A stretch of DNA of 15,102 nucleotides from Campylobacterales bacterium. Lineage in GTDB: Bacteria > Campylobacterota > Campylobacteria > Campylobacterales > Sulfurimonadaceae. Position numbers and translations under genes: made by a program. Below, one piece after another: positions 1-8,623 of this stretch. The stretch is taken from assembly GCA_038205935.1 (NCBI GenBank), contig JBBRBK010000046.1, positions 1 to 15,102 on the forward strand, written 5' to 3'. The number at the start of each line of letters is the position of its first letter. The stretch's first letter is position 1. The notes under the pieces are model-generated. The model was not told the DNA's origin and searched no databases. It was given only the letters and a program-made list of their open reading frames with translations.

Positions 1-744
1 GTTAAGCAATTTCTCACTTCTTTAAATATGAAAAGTAAAAGTAAAAACTCTTACAAGAGTTGTGTAAAAGAGATATTTGAGTTAGCTGTAGATAATGGAG
101 TTTTGGAAAATAATCCTGCTCTTAATATCACACTTAAATCAGATATAAAATATCCTATCGAGTATTATAGTCGTGAAGAGGTTTATAAGATTCTCAGCGT
201 TGCTGATGGCATTATTAGACCATATTTATTGATTGCTTTTAATACGGGTATGCGTTCAGGCGAAATACTAGGTTTACAGATAGGCGATTTTAAAGATGAT
301 GGATACATTCACATAAAACGTACACGCTCAAAAGGTATCATTGGAAATGGTAAAACGGGAAATGCAATTCGTAAAGTTCCATATTCAAAAGAGATCTTGG
401 ATTCTGTAAAGTCTATTAAGACAAATAATATTTTTTTGTTTGATTATATAGATGATTCAAGTTTGTTAAGATCTCAATGGTTACATGTAACTGAGAATGC
501 AGGTGTACGACGTTTACGTTTATATGCTACTCGTCACACATTTGCAACTATCATGTTAAAAGAGAAAATAGTGAGTTTAAATGAGCTTGCTGGTTTACTT
601 GGTCATTCGACTGCAAAGGTTACTTTACAACATTATGCTTCTGTAATTGATGCGGATTTGAATAGTTTAGGCTCTAATTTTTCGCTGTTTGGTGGTCACA
701 ATACGGTCACAGTCAAAAAGAAAGAGTCTTTCAAAGCCCTATAA
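1..744 (+). CDS. int: Tyrosine recombinase / phage-type integrase, 5'-truncated by the window edge
   Basis: The frame is open from base 1 (VKQFLTSLN precedes the M at 28), so the real start lies upstream. Box I TGMRSGEILGL (Arg codon 253-255), box II LYATRHTFAT...LLGHS...TLQHYA (Arg, His and Tyr nucleophile present), and a typical 'LENNPA' core-binding motif. Stop TAA at 742-744. Confidence 0.95.
   Translation, partial: VKQFLTSLNMKSKSKNSYKSCVKEIFELAVDNGVLENNPALNITLKSDIKYPIEYYSREEVYKILSVADGIIRPYLLIAFNTGMRSGEILGLQIGDFKDDGYIHIKRTRSKGIIGNGKTGNAIRKVPYSKEILDSVKSIKTNNIFLFDYIDDSSLLRSQWLHVTENAGVRRLRLYATRHTFATIMLKEKIVSLNELAGLLGHSTAKVTLQHYASVIDADLNSLGSNFSLFGGHNTVTVKKKESFKAL
694..711. repeat. Tandem direct repeat GGTCACA-N4-GGTCACA, candidate integrase arm-type binding sites
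   Basis: GGTCACA at 694-700 and 705-711 (11-bp period), inside the integrase 3' tail and about 50-70 bp from the rnpB 3' end. The repeat is seen directly; its function is inferred. Confidence 0.55.
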
Positions 745-753
745 ATAGGGTTT
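734..753. terminator. Hairpin between the convergent int and rnpB, possible terminator or att-associated dyad
   Basis: AAGCCCTA-TAAA-TAGGGTTT inverted repeat; the integrase stop codon lies in the loop. Only short T-tracts follow on either strand. Confidence 0.45.
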
Positions 754-763
754 ATCTTACTAT

Positions 764-1085
764 AGGCACAACGGTAAGCTGGGTTTTGTTATAGTGATAT
801 TAATCTACTTTGATTTTTACAAATCAACTCTAGCGAAACAGTAGCATTGTAAGACGCTAACCATCTGTTTCTTGCTACCAGGTTGGGTTTACAAGCTACT
901 TATATTACTATAAATACTGGTGGTCTCTTACACCGCCGTTTCACCCTTACCATTCCTAAGAATGGCGGTCTATTCTCTGTTGCACTTTCCCTCGCATTAC
1001 TGCGGCCATTCGTTAAATGGAACCCTGTCTTACGGTAGCCCAGACTTTCCTCTTGAAATGATTCAAGCATCAACTCGTTGTACCT
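764..1085 (-). ncRNA. rnpB: RNase P RNA (bacterial type A), about 322 nt
   Basis: The minus strand carries the universal motifs GAGGAAAGUCUGGGC (1052-1038), AGUGCAACAGAGA (986-974), GGUAAGGGUGAAA, GUAAACC...GCAAG and 3' ACAAAACCCAGCUUA. P4 is compensated (CUGGG/CCCAG). P1 is AGGUACAACG (1085-1076) paired with CGUUGUGCCU (773-764). P6 is GUAAGAC (1033-1027) paired with GUCUUAC (855-849). A P18 hairpin with a GUAA loop lies at 810-827. Confidence 0.97.
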
Positions 1086-1090
1086 GCGAA

Positions 1091-1105
1091 ATAATAACTA
1101 AAAAA
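1091..1105 (-). promoter_or_regulatory. Probable housekeeping-sigma -10 element for rnpB
   Basis: The minus strand reads TTTTTTAGT-TATTAT, with TATTAT at 1096-1091, 6 nt before the A at 1085 that starts P1. The T-rich upstream tract fits Campylobacterota promoters. Confidence 0.6.
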
Positions 1106-1130
1106 GGATAAGTCTAATATTTGATTGGAA

Positions 1131-1213
1131 TATGAACAACTGTTCTTATTTCGTATAAGAATATATTAACAGTTGTTCATATATAATTTTAAAATTAAGA
1201 ACGTTTGTTCATA
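1131..1213. promoter_or_regulatory. Three palindromic operators (consensus TATGAAC-N4-GTTCATA) around the tetR promoter
   Basis: TATGAAC-AACT-GTTCTTA (1131-1148), TATTAAC-AGTT-GTTCATA (1164-1181) and TAAGAAC-GTTT-GTTCATA (1196-1213), each one mismatch from the perfect palindrome. A perfect TATAAT at 1182-1187 lies between sites 2 and 3. Confidence 0.8.
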
Positions 1214-1237
1214 TAGCTTACATGTAAGGAGGCTTCA

Positions 1238-1861
1238 ATGCCTGAAAATAGGGACTCAAAGAAAATGTTATCTACAAAAGAGAAGATCATTAATGCTTCG
1301 ATGAAACTGTTTTCAGAGCTTGGATATAAAAATGCATCTGTGAGAAAGATAGCTTCTGCGGTTGGTATTAGAGAGAGTGCTCTGTATAATCATTTTAAAA
1401 ATAAAGAGGATATTTTTCTTTGTGTAGCATCGGAGATCTTTAATTCACCTTTTAATAATGATGATAGCCCTGCTCTGACTTCTACTCAGCTCAGTAATCC
1501 AAAATCATTTTTACAAAAATTTGTAACGGAATATAAGTTAGTTACTTTTGATAAAACACAAGAAAGTTTGTTTAGAATATTAATGATTGAGCTTTTACAA
1601 AATCAAGCATTAAGAGAAGGTTTTTTAAATGAGTTTCATAATAAAAATATTAAGGTGCTCTCTGGCATATTTTTCACACTAATGCAAAATGGGATTGTTC
1701 GATCTTCTGATCCAATTATAATGGCACATGAATTTATCGCCCCGCTCTTTTACTTACGTTTACATGTAACGTTATTACGAATAGATAATCTTTCGACATC
1801 CAATTTATCAAGTCAGTTTGAAAAGCATGTGGATTTTTTTTGGGAGAGTATAAAAGTATAA
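1238..1861 (+). CDS. TetR/AcrR family transcriptional regulator
   Basis: N-terminal TetR HTH (TKEKIINASMKLFSELGY...SVRKIASAVGIRESALYNHFKNKEDI); RBS AAGGAGG at 1226-1232. Confidence 0.95.
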   Translation: MPENRDSKKMLSTKEKIINASMKLFSELGYKNASVRKIASAVGIRESALYNHFKNKEDIFLCVASEIFNSPFNNDDSPALTSTQLSNPKSFLQKFVTEYKLVTFDKTQESLFRILMIELLQNQALREGFLNEFHNKNIKVLSGIFFTLMQNGIVRSSDPIIMAHEFIAPLFYLRLHVTLLRIDNLSTSNLSSQFEKHVDFFWESIKV

Positions 1862-1891
1862 AAAAAGCAGTTCCTTCGTAGGAACTACTTT
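1858..1891 (-). terminator. Intrinsic terminator of the mdh-oor operon, possibly bidirectional
   Basis: The minus strand reads GUAGUUCCU-ACGA-AGGAACUGC followed by a 7-nt U-tract, 20 bp after the oorC stop and between two convergent genes. Confidence 0.85.
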
Positions 1892-1910
1892 GAAGATTTA
1901 ATAAGTAATA

Positions 1911-2468
1911 TTATTTACCCATTGCTTCGTTAGCATATTTTTCACCAAGATCATATGCTTTTAAATTCGCAGCATGAACTTTTGCAGGCACTTTTGAAAG
2001 CATTGTATCTACAAGAATTTTTTTATCAATAGCATTTTGCATAGTATTTGCAATTGCAAGAGCAACAACAGATTGAGTAATAACATTACCAACTTCTTCT
2101 TTTGCTATTGTAATAATTGGAATCTCATAGATTTTCCATATTTTTCTATCTTCGTCTGATGGATGAACAAGGTTAGGATCAACAACGATCGTTCCACCAG
2201 GTGTAACTCCACTTTTAAATGAGTTATAGCTAACTTGTGCAACAGAAAGCATAAAATCAATTTCACCCTCATTTGCATAAGGGTAAAAAATTTCTTCATC
2301 ATCGAGAGTAATATCAACAACAGTTGGTCCACCACGAACTTGCGATGTATATGTTGCAGTTTTTAAACCTTCTCCACCGGCTTTAATTTTTGCTGCTGCA
2401 AAAATCTCACCTGCAAGAAGAACACCTTGTCCGCCAACACCTGTAAATCTCATTAAATTTCTAGCCAT
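1911..2468 (-). CDS. oorC: 2-oxoglutarate:acceptor (ferredoxin) oxidoreductase gamma subunit
   Basis: RFTGVGGQGVLLAG and YTSQVRGG motifs of the POR gamma family; last gene of oorDABC; RBS AGGAG. Confidence 0.95.
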   Translation of the reverse strand: MARNLMRFTGVGGQGVLLAGEIFAAAKIKAGGEGLKTATYTSQVRGGPTVVDITLDDEEIFYPYANEGEIDFMLSVAQVSYNSFKSGVTPGGTIVVDPNLVHPSDEDRKIWKIYEIPIITIAKEEVGNVITQSVVALAIANTMQNAIDKKILVDTMLSKVPAKVHAANLKAYDLGEKYANEAMGK

Positions 2469-2477
2469 TGTGTCTCC

Positions 2478-3335
2478 TTATATCTTTTTAGCAAAATCGT
2501 CTTGAGTAATCGTTTTACGTTTACCTTGATGGAAATCGATAACTTCTTGGTACATATCACAATACTCGCGAACTATTTTGTCTTCTTTTAAGATACCTGT
2601 AGGGAAAACGTTAAGCTTTTCTTCTTCAGGAAGTGCTTCCCACTTTTTAAGTGGAGTAGTAATACTGTCGATCCAGCCCAAGTTTTCCATAGCTGATGCC
2701 ATTTTATTTTTACGACCAAGGTTAATATGACAGTTAGACATAATATCCAAGAAAGCAAAACCTCTATGTTCAAGTGCTTTAACGAAAACTTTTTCAAGTT
2801 TTTTAGGATCAAGCATTGTCTCACGTGCTACAAATGATGCACCTGAAGCAATTGCTAAATCTGTTGCGTTAAAAGTTGGATCTATATTTCCAGACTTTTG
2901 AGAAACTGTCCACATCCCTTGTGGTGTTGTAGGGCTTGTCTGAGAATTTGTAAGACCATAAATAAAGTTATTGATAATAATCATAGTAATATCAATATTT
3001 CTTCTACAACCGTGAATCGTATGATTACCACCAATTGCTAAAGCATCGCCATCACCTGCAACACAAATAACATATTTATCTGGATTCATAAGTTTAATAC
3101 CAGTAGCAAACGCAACTGTTCTACCGTGAGTTGTATGAACTGTATTGAAATCTACATAAGAAGAGAATCTTCCAGAACATCCAATACCAGAAACAACACA
3201 GACGTCATCTGGGTTGATGTTAAGTTTATCAATAGCTCTTACGAAAGCTTTTAAAATAACACCATCACCACATCCCCAACACCAAAGTGTTGGCATTTTT
3301 TCAAGTCTTAAATACTTATCATAATTAAATGCCAT
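2478..3335 (-). CDS. oorB: 2-oxoglutarate:ferredoxin oxidoreductase beta (TPP-binding) subunit
   Basis: WCWGCGD, VSGIGCS, HTTHGR, the GDGD...NN TPP motif and YGLTNSQTSPTTP. Confidence 0.96.
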   Translation of the reverse strand: MAFNYDKYLRLEKMPTLWCWGCGDGVILKAFVRAIDKLNINPDDVCVVSGIGCSGRFSSYVDFNTVHTTHGRTVAFATGIKLMNPDKYVICVAGDGDALAIGGNHTIHGCRRNIDITMIIINNFIYGLTNSQTSPTTPQGMWTVSQKSGNIDPTFNATDLAIASGASFVARETMLDPKKLEKVFVKALEHRGFAFLDIMSNCHINLGRKNKMASAMENLGWIDSITTPLKKWEALPEEEKLNVFPTGILKEDKIVREYCDMYQEVIDFHQGKRKTITQDDFAKKI

Positions 3336-3336
3336 C

Positions 3337-4488
3337 TTAGAATACCTCTTTAACTTTATTTACGATTTCATTTGGAGAAATTGGACGGCCATTAACTTTA
3401 TATAGACCTTCTAAATCTAACCTACATGAAACACGTTCTATCTCTTCTGTGTATTGTCTAATATTTAATTCAACACAAAGTACATTTTTAATCAAATCTG
3501 TATATTTTTTAATAGATTCAGCTGGACTTGGCCATAAAGTAATTGGACGAAATAATCCTGCTTTGATACCTGCTGCTCTTAAATGTCTTATAGCTTCTTT
3601 TGCCGCAAGAGAAACTGAACCATAAGCGATAATAAGAACTTCGCCCTCAGCACCAGTCATGTCATCAAGCATAAACTCTTCATTGTACTCTATCTCGTCT
3701 GTATGCAGCATAACTTTGTCTTCAAGACGTTGAATCAGTTTACGACAAGTTTCAATCTCTTCAGTTGGGAAACCTTTGCCATCATGGTGAAGACCAGTAA
3801 AGTGGTATCTATAACCTTTAAACATTGGGTTAAGTACCGCTGGTTGATCTTGTTCACATCCATATGGAAGGTAATCTTCAGGAGCTCCATCAAAAGTTTT
3901 ACGAGGAACGATACCCGCTGCAACTTCTTCTTCTGTTGGAAGTATAGCTTTTCCATGCATGTGACCGATTGTTTCATCGAGTAGTACAAATACTGGCTGC
4001 ATAAATCTATCTGCTAGGTTGAATGCTCTTACAGTTTCTGTATAACATTCAGCTAAAGAACCAGCACACAAAGTGATTGAACGATAATCTCCATGTGAAG
4101 GGTTTTTTGCTTGTCTAACGTCACCTTGAGATACACGAGTTGGGAGACCAGTTGATGGACCACCACGCATAACATTTACAACAACCAATGGTACTTCAGT
4201 CATTTGTGCAAGACCTAGGTTTTCAGCTTTAAGTGAAATACCAGGGCCCGAAGTAGCAGTCATTGTTCTTACCCCAGCCATACCAGCACCGATAGCAGCT
4301 GCAACACCAGCAATCTCATCTTCCATTTGTATACATACACCACCGACTTCTGGCATTAAGTCAGACATCTCGTGCATTACTTCACTTGATGGCGTAATTG
4401 GATAGCCAGCAAAAAATCTACATCCCGCATCTTTTGCAGCTAATGCTGACAATTCATTACCATTTGATATAACTTCTCTAGTTGCCAT
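3337..4488 (-). CDS. oorA: 2-oxoglutarate:ferredoxin oxidoreductase alpha subunit
   Basis: FFAGYPITPSSE, QMEDEIA, TATSGPG and RGGPSTGLPT motifs; the start overlaps the oorD stop (TAATG at 4490-4486). Confidence 0.96.
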   Translation of the reverse strand: MATREVISNGNELSALAAKDAGCRFFAGYPITPSSEVMHEMSDLMPEVGGVCIQMEDEIAGVAAAIGAGMAGVRTMTATSGPGISLKAENLGLAQMTEVPLVVVNVMRGGPSTGLPTRVSQGDVRQAKNPSHGDYRSITLCAGSLAECYTETVRAFNLADRFMQPVFVLLDETIGHMHGKAILPTEEEVAAGIVPRKTFDGAPEDYLPYGCEQDQPAVLNPMFKGYRYHFTGLHHDGKGFPTEEIETCRKLIQRLEDKVMLHTDEIEYNEEFMLDDMTGAEGEVLIIAYGSVSLAAKEAIRHLRAAGIKAGLFRPITLWPSPAESIKKYTDLIKNVLCVELNIRQYTEEIERVSCRLDLEGLYKVNGRPISPNEIVNKVKEVF

Positions 4489-4823
4489 TATTTAACTCCT
4501 TGTATATCAAGTGACATATAGTTATTTGCAACAATTGCAGCTTGACGTTCTTTTGCATCGTCTGTCAATTTAGCAAACTTATACTCTTTTTTATCAGCTA
4601 CATAAATAGCAAAATCCGGACATGTGAGTTCGCACTCATTACAGCCAATACAAGCTTCAGGATGATCTACCGAGATCATCGCACCAAGTGTTGATGTAGA
4701 ATCATAACGCATACCTAGTACGCCAGATGGACAAACAGATACACAAATATCACATGCCTTACAATTATCCGTATTAACCCATACAGGTACATTACCTGGG
4801 TATTCAATCATAGCAGATGCCAT
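4488..4823 (-). CDS. oorD: 2-oxoglutarate oxidoreductase delta subunit, 2[4Fe-4S] ferredoxin-like
   Basis: CKACDICVSVCP and CIGCNECELTCP motifs. Start moved from 4889 to the ATG at 4823, which follows RBS GAAGGAGA and avoids overlap with the upstream gene. Confidence 0.93.
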   Translation of the reverse strand: MASAMIEYPGNVPVWVNTDNCKACDICVSVCPSGVLGMRYDSTSTLGAMISVDHPEACIGCNECELTCPDFAIYVADKKEYKFAKLTDDAKERQAAIVANNYMSLDIQGVK

Positions 4824-4848
4824 ATATTCTCCTTCTTTACAAGTTAAA

Positions 4849-5148
4849 TTAATTTTTCTTTTTGTTATCCGAAAATTTTCCAATAGCACAAGAAACTACG
4901 CTCTTCGCCTTCAGAGTGGTTGAATCTATAAAACCATTTTCCTCATTGACTAAAGGATAGCCTAAGTTTCTTAAAATTGCTTTAAAATGTGCTACCAACG
5001 CCTCGTCAACGATATCTACTGTTACCTTACGAGGCTCGCACGAGAGATCCACTTCGATGCTCGAAAAACCCTCTGATTCGAGAGCTTTGGTGATTGTATT
5101 TGCACAACCTCCACATCTAATATTATTGACCTCAAAAGTTTGAAGCAT
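4849..5148 (-). CDS. Heavy-metal-associated (HMA, CopZ-like) domain protein
   Basis: FEVNNIRCGGCANTITKAL (CxxC) and a downstream LGY motif of the HMA fold; C-terminal extension KAKSVVSCAIGK; starts 1 bp after the sucD stop. Confidence 0.85.
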   Translation of the reverse strand: MLQTFEVNNIRCGGCANTITKALESEGFSSIEVDLSCEPRKVTVDIVDEALVAHFKAILRNLGYPLVNEENGFIDSTTLKAKSVVSCAIGKFSDNKKKN

Positions 5149-5149
5149 T

Positions 5150-6025
5150 TTATTTTTTTCTTAAAACTTCAGCGATTGCTTTACCGATCTCTGCAGGAGA
5201 AACTACAACTCTAACTCCAGCAGCTTCAAGTGCTTCCATCTTTTCTTTTGCTGTTCCAGCACCGCCACTCACGATAGCGCCAGCATGACCCATACGTTTT
5301 CCAGCAGGAGCTGTTTGACCAGCAATAAATGCAACGACAGGTTTTGTGATGTGTTCTTTAATAAATTTAGCCGCTTGAATCTCTAAGTCTCCACCGATTT
5401 CACCGATCATAACAATTGCATGCGTTTCTGGATCTGCTTCAAAAAGAGGAAGAAGTTCTTTATATGAAAGACCAATAATCGGATCTCCACCAATACCAAC
5501 AGCTGTAGAAATACCAAAGCCTTCTCTACATACTTGGTTTGCACCCTCATAAGTCAATGTTCCAGATTTAGAAATAAGACCGACATTTCCTTTTTTGAAA
5601 ATCATGCCAGGCATAATCCCGATTTTACACTCTTCAGCAGTAATGATCCCTGGACAGTTTGGCCCGATTGTTTTCATATTGTGCTTAGTAGCATACGCTT
5701 TTGCAGCTTGCATGTCACGAACCGGAGCACCCTCAGTGATCACTACTGCGAGTTCGATTCCAGCAGAAGCGGCCTCCATAACAGCATCAGCAACGAAAGC
5801 AGGTGGAACAAATATCATACTTACAGTCGCACCTGTTGCCATTACAGCTTCAGAAACTGTATTAAACACAGGCTGACCAAGATGCACTTGACCACCTTTA
5901 TTTGGTGTAACACCGCCAACAATTTTAGTACCATACGCTAAACATTGCTCAGCATGAAAAGTACCCTCTTTTCCTGTAAAACCTTGAACGATAACTTTTG
6001 TGTCTTTATTTACTAAAATACTCAT
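5150..6025 (-). CDS. sucD: Succinyl-CoA synthetase alpha subunit
   Basis: [28 protein letters not shown] and phospho-His motif RMGHAGA. Confidence 0.98.
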   Translation of the reverse strand: MSILVNKDTKVIVQGFTGKEGTFHAEQCLAYGTKIVGGVTPNKGGQVHLGQPVFNTVSEAVMATGATVSMIFVPPAFVADAVMEAASAGIELAVVITEGAPVRDMQAAKAYATKHNMKTIGPNCPGIITAEECKIGIMPGMIFKKGNVGLISKSGTLTYEGANQVCREGFGISTAVGIGGDPIIGLSYKELLPLFEADPETHAIVMIGEIGGDLEIQAAKFIKEHITKPVVAFIAGQTAPAGKRMGHAGAIVSGGAGTAKEKMEALEAAGVRVVVSPAEIGKAIAEVLRKK

Positions 6026-6030
6026 TTAAA

Positions 6031-7203
6031 TTATTCTCCTTTCGCTGCGTGCACTGCTTTAGCTGCACCATCTGCTAAATCATCTGCTGCTATAACATTT
6101 GGTATGTTTGCATTTCTTAATATTTCAGCAGCTTCAATTGCATTTGTACCATCAAGACGAACGATAACGGGCACATGCACGTTCACCATTTTTGTAGCTT
6201 CTAAAATACCATTTGCAATACGGTCACATCTTACGATTCCACCAAAAATATTAACAAATATTGCTTTTACTTTTGGATTTTTAAGAATGATTTCAAAACC
6301 TTTTGCCACTGTCTCAGCATTCGCTTTACCACCAACATCAAGGAAGTTTGCAGGTGTTCCACCCATATAATTGATTGTATCCATTGTGCCCATCGCAAGA
6401 CCGGCACCATTTACCATACAACCTATTTCACCATCTAAAGAGATGTATGAAAGACCATAACGACTTGCCTCTCTCTCATCAGCATCTTCTTCAGAAATAT
6501 CACGCATATCTTCGATTTCAGGATGGCGTCCAAGTGCGGAATCATCAAATCCCATTTTTCCATCAAGTGCCATAAAATCACCAGAAGCAGTTTTGATTAA
6601 AGGATTGATTTCGATCATCTCCGCATCATTTTCCATATAAAGTTTATATAGTTTAGATGCAAATGAGATAAATTTCTTTTGTTCAACTGGATCAGTGATA
6701 CCAAGACCAAAAACTAACTCACGGCCATGAAAACCTTGAAAACCGATAGCTGGATCAACTGCGACTTTAATAATTTTTTCAGGATTATCATGAGCTACAT
6801 TTTCTATCTCCATACCACCTTGAGTAGAAGCCATGATAACTGGCATCTCACGTGCGCGGTCAAGAACAACACCAAGATAAAGCTCATCTTTAATATCAGC
6901 GCCCTCTTCTATGTAAACTTTTTGAACAAGTTTACCCTCAGGTCCTGTTTGGTGTGTGACAAGAGTCATTCCAAGAATCTCTGATGCAAATTGACCTACT
7001 TCTTCAAGTGAACGAGCCAGTTTTACACCACCGCCTAGTCCTCGACCACCTGCATGTATCTGCGCTTTAACAACCCAAATTTTTCCACCCAGTTCAGATG
7101 CATTTCTCACTGCCTGATCTGGTGTATTTGCAACGATGCCTCTTGGTGTCGGAACGCCATATTTAGCAAAAATTTGTTTTGCCTGATATTCATGTATATT
7201 CAT
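6031..7203 (-). CDS. sucC: Succinyl-CoA synthetase beta subunit
   Basis: MNIHEYQAK, KAQIHAGGRG, NGAGLAM, ANFLDVGG and NIFGGIVRCD; RBS AAGGAG. Confidence 0.98.
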   Translation of the reverse strand: MNIHEYQAKQIFAKYGVPTPRGIVANTPDQAVRNASELGGKIWVVKAQIHAGGRGLGGGVKLARSLEEVGQFASEILGMTLVTHQTGPEGKLVQKVYIEEGADIKDELYLGVVLDRAREMPVIMASTQGGMEIENVAHDNPEKIIKVAVDPAIGFQGFHGRELVFGLGITDPVEQKKFISFASKLYKLYMENDAEMIEINPLIKTASGDFMALDGKMGFDDSALGRHPEIEDMRDISEEDADEREASRYGLSYISLDGEIGCMVNGAGLAMGTMDTINYMGGTPANFLDVGGKANAETVAKGFEIILKNPKVKAIFVNIFGGIVRCDRIANGILEATKMVNVHVPVIVRLDGTNAIEAAEILRNANIPNVIAADDLADGAAKAVHAAKGE

Positions 7204-7226
7204 TTACTTCTCCTTTTTAAATTTAA

Positions 7227-8618
7227 TTATGCTTTTGGGCTTATCATATCTTCTGGTACAACATATTTATCAAACTCCTCTGGAGTTAATAAACCAAGCT
7301 TCACTGATTCCTCTTTAAGGGTTGTTCCATTTTTATGAGCAGTTTTTGCAATTTTTGCTGCATTTTCATATCCAATATAAGGGTTTAATGCAGTGACAAG
7401 CATTAATGAATCATTCAAATAATGATCTATTTTATCAATATTTGCTTCAATACCGACTGCTGCATTGTCATTAAATGAAATAATAGAATCAGCAAGTAAT
7501 CTTGATGATTGTAAAAAATTGTATGCGATAACAGGCTTAAAGACATTTAGCTCGAAATTCCCTTGGCTAGCTGCAAAACCGATAGTTGCATCATTTCCCA
7601 TAACTTGACATGTAACCATTGTTACAGCTTCACTTTGTGTAGGGTTTACTTTTCCAGGCATAATCGATGAACCTGGCTCATTTTCAGGGATAGATATCTC
7701 TCCAAGACCACAGCGAGGACCAGATGCTAACCATCTTACATCATTTGCTATTTTCATCATATCTGCTGAAAGTGCTTTTAAGGCTCCATGACAAAAAACT
7801 AAAGCATCATGAGATGTCAGTGCATGAAATTTGTTTGGAGCAGTGATAAAATCATGACCTGTAAGTTCACTTAATTTTTTAGCAACACGTTCACCGAGTT
7901 CTGGGTGAGCGTTGAGTCCTGTTCCAACTGCTGTTCCACCAAGTGCTAGTTCACGAACTGGCTCTAAAGAAACTTGAATCATTTTTTCACATTTATTTAA
8001 CATCTCAACCCAACCGCTGATCTCTTGACCAAGTGTTAAAGGTGTCGCATCTTGAAGGTGAGTACGACCGATTTTTACGATATGGCTAAACTCTTCGCTT
8101 TTTGCTTGTAATGTCGCTTTTAACTTTGCTATCGCTGGAAGTAAACGCTCCTCTACAGAGATAACAGAGGCTACATGTAAAGCAGTTGGATACGTATCAT
8201 TTGAACTTTGAGATTTATTTACATCATCATTTGGATGCACTAACTTCTCAACTCTAAAATCACCGCCAAGGATCTCAGTCGCACGATTTGCCAACACTTC
8301 ATTATTATTCATATTTGACTGTGTGCCTGAACCTGTTTGCCATACAACTAAAGGATAGTTAGCATCAAGCTTACCTGAGAGCATATCATCCGCCGCTTGT
8401 GCTATAGCATCCGCTTTTTTAGCATCAAGCTTGCCTAAGTCTTTATTGACAAGAGCTACAGCTTTTTTCAAGAATGAAAATGCACGAGTAATCTCGTAAG
8501 GCATCTTTTCTTCACCAATTTTAAAATTCTCAACAGAACGCTGTGTCTGTGCAGCCCAATAAGCATCTATCGGAACTTCAATTGCTCCCATTGTGTCTTT
8601 TTCAATGCGTGTTGCCAT
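7227..8618 (-). CDS. fumC: Class II (iron-independent) fumarate hydratase
   Basis: [25 protein letters not shown] and the signature [11 protein letters not shown]. Confidence 0.97.
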   Translation of the reverse strand: MATRIEKDTMGAIEVPIDAYWAAQTQRSVENFKIGEEKMPYEITRAFSFLKKAVALVNKDLGKLDAKKADAIAQAADDMLSGKLDANYPLVVWQTGSGTQSNMNNNEVLANRATEILGGDFRVEKLVHPNDDVNKSQSSNDTYPTALHVASVISVEERLLPAIAKLKATLQAKSEEFSHIVKIGRTHLQDATPLTLGQEISGWVEMLNKCEKMIQVSLEPVRELALGGTAVGTGLNAHPELGERVAKKLSELTGHDFITAPNKFHALTSHDALVFCHGALKALSADMMKIANDVRWLASGPRCGLGEISIPENEPGSSIMPGKVNPTQSEAVTMVTCQVMGNDATIGFAASQGNFELNVFKPVIAYNFLQSSRLLADSIISFNDNAAVGIEANIDKIDHYLNDSLMLVTALNPYIGYENAAKIAKTAHKNGTTLKEESVKLGLLTPEEFDKYVVPEDMISPKA

Positions 8619-8623
8619 AAAAC

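Larger units (their letters stand above)
1..763. mobile_element. Right end of a putative integrated element (prophage or genomic island) abutting the 3' end of rnpB
   Basis: The integrase points toward, and ends 19 bp from, the 3' end of a stable RNA gene, with short direct repeats (694-711) and a hairpin (734-753) at the junction. The boundary is approximate and the other end lies outside the window. Confidence 0.65.

Noticed and set aside
920..1111. 63-aa plus-strand ORF
   Set aside because: It is antisense to rnpB, whose RNA motifs and helices explain the sequence, and it has no RBS or protein motif.
1131..1213. Repeat triplet as a mini CRISPR array
   Set aside because: The 18-bp repeats with 14-15-bp gaps are too short, no cas genes are present, and the position over a TetR promoter fits operators.
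745..1237. tRNA or tmRNA as the integration target
   Set aside because: No cloverleaf, T-loop or CCA signature was found; the RNA present is RNase P.
2105..3989. Short alternative-frame or antisense ORFs (2105-2335, 2588-2824, 3703-3984, 3735-3989)
   Set aside because: Fully nested in oorC, oorB or oorA with no motifs; expected shadow ORFs.
4824..4889. Longer oorD N-terminus from the ORF track
   Set aside because: It overlaps the HMA gene, and a strong RBS precedes the ATG at 4823.
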